A DNA stretch of 64,000 nt, taken from assembly GCA_026390935.1 (NCBI GenBank), contig JAPLEZ010000153.1:73984-137983 (forward strand), written 5' to 3'. Source of the DNA: Bacteroidota bacterium (lineage in GTDB: Bacteria; Bacteroidota; Bacteroidia; Flavobacteriales_C; GCA-002722245). Shown in pieces: positions 58,084 through 64,000 of the stretch. The translations under genes were made by a program, and so were the position numbers. The notes under the pieces were generated by a model. The model worked only from the letters and a program-made list of their open reading frames with translations, did no database searches and was not told where the DNA came from. Every line of letters begins with the position of its first letter. The stretch's first letter is position 1.

Positions 58084-58914
58084 ATGTTTAAGGGTAGTAA
58101 AAAAATCACAGCGGTTGTTCTTGCAGGGATCGTAATTAGCGCAACAATATTGGCCTTCACGCCGCAAGCTCAAAATGAATTTCAGGATGGTAAAATCTTG
58201 CCTCTCCGAAAAGTACAAAACAAGGCCTTCAAAAGAGGAGAGAAACTAAAATATCGCGTGCATTATGGTGTAATTGATGCTGGTAATGCAACGTTGGAGG
58301 TGACCAACGACACAGTTAAAATAGCCAAGAGAAGTACTTTTCACATGGTGGCTAAAGGGTTTACAAATAGTGCCTGGGATTTAATATTTCCTGTTCGTGA
58401 TACTTATGAAAGTTATGTTGACCAGGAGTCAATTTTACCTTGGTTCCACAAAAGAAGGGTGAACGAGAATGGTTATATTATCAATCATGATGTTGCCTTT
58501 AATCAGTACAGTCATGAAGCAATTGGCAATCAGCAGAAGTATAAAACTGATACCAATGTGCAGGATATGGTTTCGGCATTTTACTACGCGCGAGTGCTTG
58601 ATTTTTCGCATGCTCAAAAAGGAGATTTATTTGTTGTGAATACTTTCTTCGATTTTCAGAACTACCCAATGAAAATTAAATACATTGGAACAGAAATCAT
58701 TAAAACTGATTTCGGAAAAATTAAATGTTATAAGTTTCATCCAGTGGTGCAAAAAGGTAGAGTTTTCAAAACCGAAGAAGATATGACGGTGTGGCTTTCT
58801 GCCGACGACAGCAAAGTGCCGGTACGTGTTCAAACAAATATTTTAGTTGGATCTATCAAGATGGATTTAATTGAGTATTCGGGACTTACCTCCACATTGA
58901 ACAAAGTGAAATAA
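58084..58914 (+). CDS. DUF3108-like protein
   Basis: AFKRGEKLKYRVHYG, VRDTYESY, DMVSAFYY and VWLS.D..KVPV. Confidence 0.85.
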   Translation: MFKGSKKITAVVLAGIVISATILAFTPQAQNEFQDGKILPLRKVQNKAFKRGEKLKYRVHYGVIDAGNATLEVTNDTVKIAKRSTFHMVAKGFTNSAWDLIFPVRDTYESYVDQESILPWFHKRRVNENGYIINHDVAFNQYSHEAIGNQQKYKTDTNVQDMVSAFYYARVLDFSHAQKGDLFVVNTFFDFQNYPMKIKYIGTEIIKTDFGKIKCYKFHPVVQKGRVFKTEEDMTVWLSADDSKVPVRVQTNILVGSIKMDLIEYSGLTSTLNKVK

Positions 58915-58991
58915 TAACTTTTTAAAATTTAACTAAAACAAAAAGGCAGATTTTTGTATTTTCCCGTCGCTTAAATTTTTAGTACGGGAAA

Positions 58992-60251
58992 ATGAAGAAA
59001 TATTTGATATCTGTTTTTGCTATTCTCACCGGCTTTTCATTAGTATATTTTCTCTTCATTAAAGACGGCGGTGTTTTTGGTGCCGACGAGAAAGTAGCAA
59101 TTGAGAACGACTCGGTTTCGTTAATAAAATATGGATTTGCGCTCGATTCTTTTAGCGTAGTGGAAGATAAAGTGAAACCCAATGAACTCATTGCGGATAT
59201 TTTATTGAAGCACCACATTCCTATGGAGGACATTGATGATATGCTCCGCAGAGGAAAAGATGTTTTTGATGTGCGTAAGTTTAAAGCCAATCAGCCCTAC
59301 ACCGTTTTTTGCTCAAAAGATTCTACCAAAAAAGCACAGTGTTTTATTTATGAAATCAACGCGGTGGACTATGTAGTGTATGATATGCGCGACAGCATGT
59401 TTGTTTACACGGGCAAGAAACCTGTGGTTACAATAGAGCAAAAAGCATCGGGCATTATTTACAATTCTTTATATGAAACAATGACCGACAATGGTTTGAG
59501 TCCGGCTTTGGCCAATGAACTCGCCGAAGTTTATGCATGGTCTATCGACTTCTACCGCATCCAAAAAGGGGATAAATTCAAAGTGATTTATGATGAACAA
59601 CAAGTGGAAGGAGAAACTGTAGCAGTGAAGAGAATTAAAGCTGCTATGTTTGAGCATTCGGGCGTTGAATATTACGCAGTATATTTTGAACAGGATGGAC
59701 TGAGTGGTTATTATGATGAGCAAAGCAGAGGAATGAAACGTCAGTTTTTAAAAGCGCCAGTTAAGTTTTCCCGAATTTCATCGCGCTATACTATGAAGCG
59801 TTTTCATCCGGTACAACAAAGATGGAAGGCGCATTTAGGCACCGATTATGCAGCACCCACCGGTACTCCTATTATGACTACCGCCAACGGAACGGTGATT
59901 GAAGCAACACAAAATCGTTTCAATGGAAATTACGTGAAAGTGAAACACAATGGAACTTATACTACGCAGTATTTACACATGTCGAAAATTGCTAGCGGCA
60001 TTCACAGAGGCAGTAGTGTTCGTCAGGGTGATATTATTGGATATGTTGGTTCTACAGGTTTGGCAAGTGGTCCGCACGTTTGTTACCGCTTCTGGAAAAA
60101 CGGACAACAAGTAGACGCTTTAAGAGAAAAATTACCGCAATCAGAACCTATTCGCAGTGCTAATAAAGCGGAGTTTATGGAGTTGGCGGATAAGTTTGTG
60201 GCGATGTTGAAAGAGATTGAATACAATCAGAAGCCGATTGCAGCGAATTAA
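58992..60251 (+). CDS. M23 family peptidoglycan DD-endopeptidase (MepM-like)
   Basis: HLGTDYAA (HxxxD), YLH and GPHV; N-terminal TM and Csd3-like domain. Confidence 0.93.
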   Translation: MKKYLISVFAILTGFSLVYFLFIKDGGVFGADEKVAIENDSVSLIKYGFALDSFSVVEDKVKPNELIADILLKHHIPMEDIDDMLRRGKDVFDVRKFKANQPYTVFCSKDSTKKAQCFIYEINAVDYVVYDMRDSMFVYTGKKPVVTIEQKASGIIYNSLYETMTDNGLSPALANELAEVYAWSIDFYRIQKGDKFKVIYDEQQVEGETVAVKRIKAAMFEHSGVEYYAVYFEQDGLSGYYDEQSRGMKRQFLKAPVKFSRISSRYTMKRFHPVQQRWKAHLGTDYAAPTGTPIMTTANGTVIEATQNRFNGNYVKVKHNGTYTTQYLHMSKIASGIHRGSSVRQGDIIGYVGSTGLASGPHVCYRFWKNGQQVDALREKLPQSEPIRSANKAEFMELADKFVAMLKEIEYNQKPIAAN

Positions 60252-60360
60252 AATCATAATTAATTTTTGTTAACGACGAGTTTGGTTCACTCGCTCCGTT
60301 AAGTTTAGCGAAGCGTAACTTGACGGAATTTTTTATTTGAGGCTTTCAGCCTCTCTTCTT

Positions 60361-60454
60361 TTACTTTTTCCTTGATGAAAAAGTAACAAAAAATCAAGAG
60401 CCAAGAGATGCTGCCACCGCACAAAAAACCTTACACACGCCCGCCTCTTGGCTC
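60361..60454. other. Structured non-coding element (hairpin with loop complementary to downstream 6-mer, then a second stem)
   Basis: ttactttttc/gaaaaagtaa stem; loop cttgat complementary to atcaag (60393-60398); gagccaagag/ctcttggctc stem. Confidence 0.6.
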
Positions 60455-60518
60455 GGGCCTTCGCACGAAGTTACCTGACCACTTTGTGAAGTTCAATTTT
60501 TGAGTATGCTTTGGGAAT

Positions 60519-60581
60519 GGGCTTCTCCCTTTATAAAAGGGAGAGTGCGAAGGGATTCTGTGTGATTGCAAGAGGGATTTT
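60519..60581. repeat. Dispersed copy of the ~60-bp REP-like unit
   Basis: Reverse complement closely matches 50386-50446. Confidence 0.85.
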
Positions 60582-60588
60582 ATAAAAC

Positions 60589-60634
60589 AAACTTTCAATT
60601 TATTTTGAAAGTTTAAAAACATATGTTACATTTG
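60589..60634 (+). promoter_or_regulatory. Primary-sigma promoter (TTG-N19-TACATTTG) overlapped by palindromic operator AAACTTTCAA-N6-TTGAAAGTTT
   Basis: Perfect 10-bp inverted repeat at 60589-60614; TACATTTG at 60627-60634. Confidence 0.78.
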
Positions 60635-60638
60635 ATAT

Positions 60639-61142
60639 ATGGAACTCAATGAAGGCAAAAATAAATTTATAGAAGCGTGGGGAATATTCGGAAGCGAGTG
60701 GGGTATCAACCGTACCATGGCTCAAATTCACGCTTTACTTTTGGTAAGTGCTGAACCTTTAAGCACAGAAGATATCATGGAGGAATTGAATGTTTCTCGT
60801 GGTAATGTGAACATGAATACCCGCGATTTAATTGCCTGGGGAATTGTAAGCAGGGTTTTGAAAAAAGGAGAAAGAAGAGAGTTTTTTCAAGCTGATAAGG
60901 ACATTTATAAAGTGGCAATTAAAATTCTTAATGAACGTCGGAAAAGGGAATTGGGGCCGGTGTTGGAAGCGTTGAAAGATCTCAAGCAAGTTAAGGGAAC
61001 TACATTAGAAGCTAAAGAATTTAAAAAGGTAGTTGCTGATATTAGCTCATTTGGCGAAAGTGCCGACAAGATGATTTCGCGTATGACCAAAGCCGATGAA
61101 AACTGGTTTACAGGTTCATTGATGAAGTTCTTAATTAAGTAA
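60639..61142 (+). CDS. GbsR/MarR family transcriptional regulator
   Basis: WGINRTMAQIHALL, SRGNVNM and GERREFF. Confidence 0.9.
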   Translation: MELNEGKNKFIEAWGIFGSEWGINRTMAQIHALLLVSAEPLSTEDIMEELNVSRGNVNMNTRDLIAWGIVSRVLKKGERREFFQADKDIYKVAIKILNERRKRELGPVLEALKDLKQVKGTTLEAKEFKKVVADISSFGESADKMISRMTKADENWFTGSLMKFLIK

Positions 61143-61157
61143 TATTTTTTTTAAAAT

Positions 61158-61183
61158 AAAGTTTCAAAAAAAACTGAAAGTTT
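61158..61183. promoter_or_regulatory. Second operator copy TTTCA-N8-TGAAAGTTT
   Basis: aaagtttcaa-aaaaaa-ctgaaagttt, same spacing as 60589-60614. Confidence 0.7.
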
Positions 61184-61189
61184 TGAAAA

Positions 61190-62005
61190 ATGGGAAAATC
61201 AAATAAAATAATGTACTTCGATGTTGGCTGCAGGATTTGCCGTACCGGTGCTTTTCTGGCCAATAGATCAGGCTTTTCTGAGGATGGCAATCTGAATCCT
61301 TTGCAGGAAGTTGACCCTGTTGCAGCGGGCTCTATAGATAAAAGTATCTATTGCAATGAAATGGCGGTTTACGATCCATCTACTAAAGACACGCGCTATG
61401 GCATGAGAGGTATATTATGGGTACTTGAAGATAAATTCGGGAAAATAATGCGGGTGTTTTTATTTCCTCCCTTGTTCATTCCTTTGAGTTTTATTTATCA
61501 TGTTTTTTCTTATAACAGAAGAATGATCGCTCCAGTTTATACTAAAGTTGACAATGATTGTAAGCCTGAATTTCATTGGGGATATCGCTTGAGTTATATT
61601 TTTTTGATTGCTTTTTTTAGTGCAGTTGTTTCATTTGAAATGGGAGAAACATTGAAAGAATTCTTTAGCAGTGGCTATCAATATCTTTTTGTTGTTGGAG
61701 CTGGTTGGTTGATACATGCAGCACTACTTTTTGTTTATGGTGTGAAAAGTAAAATGGAGTACTACGGCCATTTATCCAGCATTATGATTGCAGGAATTTT
61801 ACTTCAGATTCCTTTTTTAATGTGTTCGTATTTTGTGGGTACAAGCACATTGTGGCTTTGTGTGAGTTTACTGATGAGTGATGTTTTGATGACGTATATG
61901 TCTTTTCGTCGAGTGAAACATTTGGGGCTATCTCAAGGCCTTACTGTTGCATGGTGGATCACATTGCATTTGTCGGCAGCATTAATATATATCATATGCC
62001 GTTAA
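61190..62005 (+). CDS. DCC1-like thiol-disulfide oxidoreductase fused to a membrane domain
   Basis: N-terminal DxxCxxC (FDVGCRIC), Y..FSYNRR and a C-terminal multi-TM region. Confidence 0.82.
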   Translation: MGKSNKIMYFDVGCRICRTGAFLANRSGFSEDGNLNPLQEVDPVAAGSIDKSIYCNEMAVYDPSTKDTRYGMRGILWVLEDKFGKIMRVFLFPPLFIPLSFIYHVFSYNRRMIAPVYTKVDNDCKPEFHWGYRLSYIFLIAFFSAVVSFEMGETLKEFFSSGYQYLFVVGAGWLIHAALLFVYGVKSKMEYYGHLSSIMIAGILLQIPFLMCSYFVGTSTLWLCVSLLMSDVLMTYMSFRRVKHLGLSQGLTVAWWITLHLSAALIYIICR

Positions 62006-62469
62006 TTCTTTTACATACAGAAATTGCTGCTCCAGTTGAAAGATGTTTCAACTTATCAAGAAGCATGGAAATGCACGTTTTATCTATGAAAGAATCTGAT
62101 GAAAGAATTGTTGGTGGTAGAACATCAGGATTGATTGAAGTTGGAGAAACGGTAATTTTTCGCGCAAGGCATTTTTGGATCACTCAACAACACGTTGGTA
62201 AAATTTCAGAAATGGATTTCCCCAATTCTTTTGTAGATACAATGATTTCAGGAACTTTCAAGTCTTTGCATCACCTACATATTTTTATTAAAAAAGAAAA
62301 TTGTACTGTTATGAAAGATGAATTCTTTTATGAATCTCCACTGGGTGTTTTGGGGAAATTGGCCGACTATCTTTTTCTGAAAAAATATTTGGAAAAGATA
62401 TTGAAGGAAAGAAATTCTTTGATCAAAAGTTATGCGGAAAGTAATCAATGGAAAACTATTTTAGTATGA
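61996..62469 (+). CDS. SRPBCC family ligand-binding protein
   Basis: T.IAAPVERCF.LSRS..MH, FVD.M..G.FK...H.H.F and MKD.F.YESPLG.LG; ATG 61996. Confidence 0.88.
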   Translation: MPLILLHTEIAAPVERCFNLSRSMEMHVLSMKESDERIVGGRTSGLIEVGETVIFRARHFWITQQHVGKISEMDFPNSFVDTMISGTFKSLHHLHIFIKKENCTVMKDEFFYESPLGVLGKLADYLFLKKYLEKILKERNSLIKSYAESNQWKTILV

Positions 62470-63113
62470 CATTTTCTGGTGAATTACAAGAGGTGCGACT
62501 AATTAATTTCTCTGTTGAAAGGGAGGAATTAAAAACGCAATTGCCTGCGGGATTGAAATTGTTGGATTACAATGGAAGGGCAATGATTTCAATGGTTGAC
62601 GTGAAATTGAGAAACATGAAAGCAGCGTCTTTTTTGCCTTCCTTTTCATACCGTCATATTGGTTTTCGTTTGTTGCTCGACGATCAACACAGCAATGGAA
62701 TTTCTCCGAAAGGGATTTATTTCTTGAAATCTTTTAGCGATAAATTACTTCTGATTTTTGCCGGTAATATTGTTGCCGATTTCAATTTATCTTTTGCGAA
62801 AATACATGATGAAGGCAATCGAGTTAAGATAGCTCAAGGGGATAAATTTGTGGAGTATTCCATCAGTGATGAAAACTTTGCAACACCCGACGTTCCTTTG
62901 TTTGAGGCGGTGAAGCGCATCGATAGAGCTTACGCTTTTAAAAGCGAGGGTGCTTTGGTGACTAAAATTACCCGTGAAGAATGGCCGATAGAGCAAGTGG
63001 AATTGTTAGAATTCAAAACCAATTTTTTTAAAAGTGCCAAAATGGAAGGTGCTTTTAAAATACGCAAAGTGATTGATTACGTTTGGGAAAAACCTTTTAA
63101 AGTAAAATTATGA
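62466..63113 (+). CDS. DUF2071 (YqjF/acetoacetate-decarboxylase-like) protein
   Basis: LINFSV, LPAGL, GRAMIS.V and KGIYF pattern; ATG 62466. Confidence 0.72.
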   Translation: MTFSGELQEVRLINFSVEREELKTQLPAGLKLLDYNGRAMISMVDVKLRNMKAASFLPSFSYRHIGFRLLLDDQHSNGISPKGIYFLKSFSDKLLLIFAGNIVADFNLSFAKIHDEGNRVKIAQGDKFVEYSISDENFATPDVPLFEAVKRIDRAYAFKSEGALVTKITREEWPIEQVELLEFKTNFFKSAKMEGAFKIRKVIDYVWEKPFKVKL

Positions 63114-63964
63114 GAATAGTTGTTTTAGGCGCTACGGGACAAATTGGTGCAATGGTGATGAGCCAGTTGCTACAGTCTTTTCCTGGCGATGAAGTAGTGG
63201 GATGTTCTCGTTCAGCCAAAGGAAAAAATTATTTACCACTTAATATTTACGACGAAGATTGGTCGACTTTAGGCAAGGTGGATGTGCTCATTAACATTGT
63301 TGGAATTATCGAAGAGAAAGGAGAAAACACTTTTGAAAAAGTGCATGTGCAATTGGTGAAAGATATTTTGAGAAAACGTGAATCTTTGGGAAATCCTCGT
63401 ATTGTGCACGTTTCGGTGTTAGGTGCCGATGTGACAAGCAAAGCGGAATACGCGCGCACAAAAGGTGTGGCAGATGCATTATTGATAACAGAGAAAAATG
63501 TAGCGATAGTGCGTCCTTCATTTGTGCTAACACCAGGTACAGCCATTGTGCAAAAAGTAAACATGATAGTTAAAATGAGTAAATGGATGTTAGGTTTTTC
63601 ATTGATGCCTGCTCATTTTTTAAGTCCGAAATTTCAACCTGTATTGGGTGAGGATTTGGCTGAATTGATTGCAAAACTCGCTAGTGCAAAAGACTGCGGA
63701 ATATTTTACGCCACTGGTCCCCAAGAAATGACTTTGGCAGATATGATTCATTATTCAAAATCTAAAATTAAAATCATCCCTCTTCCAAAATGGTTGACTC
63801 ATTGGGTTTTCATGATGATTACATCTTTTAAAAATCCTTTCATGAACAGGGATCAGTATTATTTATTGGCGTCGGATAATGTGCATGAGAATTCGACAAT
63901 GGAAAATATTTTGGGAAGAAAGGCAATGGAGACAGAAGAATTTTGGAGAAGAGAAATTAAATAA
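63110..63964 (+). CDS. NAD(P)-dependent epimerase / NDUFA9-like atypical SDR
   Basis: GATGQIG, INIVGII.E, SVLGA, YARTK (YxxxK), RPS and FQPV..EDLA. Confidence 0.88.
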   Translation: MRIVVLGATGQIGAMVMSQLLQSFPGDEVVGCSRSAKGKNYLPLNIYDEDWSTLGKVDVLINIVGIIEEKGENTFEKVHVQLVKDILRKRESLGNPRIVHVSVLGADVTSKAEYARTKGVADALLITEKNVAIVRPSFVLTPGTAIVQKVNMIVKMSKWMLGFSLMPAHFLSPKFQPVLGEDLAELIAKLASAKDCGIFYATGPQEMTLADMIHYSKSKIKIIPLPKWLTHWVFMMITSFKNPFMNRDQYYLLASDNVHENSTMENILGRKAMETEEFWRREIK

Positions 63965-64000
63965 GTTGTTATGGAGAAAAATGGAAAGTAAAGGGTGATA

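Noticed and set aside
60431-60622. 63-aa minus-strand ORF
   Set aside because: It is made of repeat and operator sequence and is probably non-coding.
1-64000. CRISPR array, tRNA, rRNA, transposase, integrase or prophage genes
   Set aside because: No regularly spaced repeat-spacer series, cloverleaf, rRNA-like tract or recognisable mobile-element protein was seen.
63965-64000. Start of a further gene at the window edge
   Set aside because: Both ATG frames close within a few codons, and there is too little sequence to call.

Overview
This is a chromosomal window from a Bacteroidota bacterium, judged by T9SS C-terminal domains, TAnnTTTG promoters and typical gene orders. The housekeeping backbone is purH-mreBCD-mrdA-rodA, recJ, a glutaryl-CoA-type dehydrogenase, hemD-hlyC-ppiD, dnaG/rlmN, ispB, ispD-queA, truB-uppP-ftsX, leuS and an M23 peptidase. 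It is interleaved with seven T9SS cargo genes and several small regulons whose operator or promoter motifs are readable in the DNA. The best candidate for an undescribed system lies at 24.4-30.0 kb. It has an ECF sigma factor, an anti-sigma predicted to span both membranes, and three tandem paralogous surface lipoproteins of unknown function. One promoter motif (CAGGCAGCG-N9-TTCATWTTGTCTT) precedes the sigma gene and paralogs 2 and 3. Other notable items: a probable metal-responsive ECF/YHYH/MORN/SCO operon with its own repeated promoter; a class-III aminotransferase-like protein lacking the PLP lysine; a beta-barrel gene interrupted by an in-frame TGA followed by a hairpin; a propeptide-less C10 protease preceded by a relic copy of its own 5' end; a GbsR-type operon with two operators; and several REP-like or heptamer repeat families. 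I saw no rRNA, tRNA, CRISPR array, transposase or phage genes. All family assignments come from motif recognition by eye; no database search was run.
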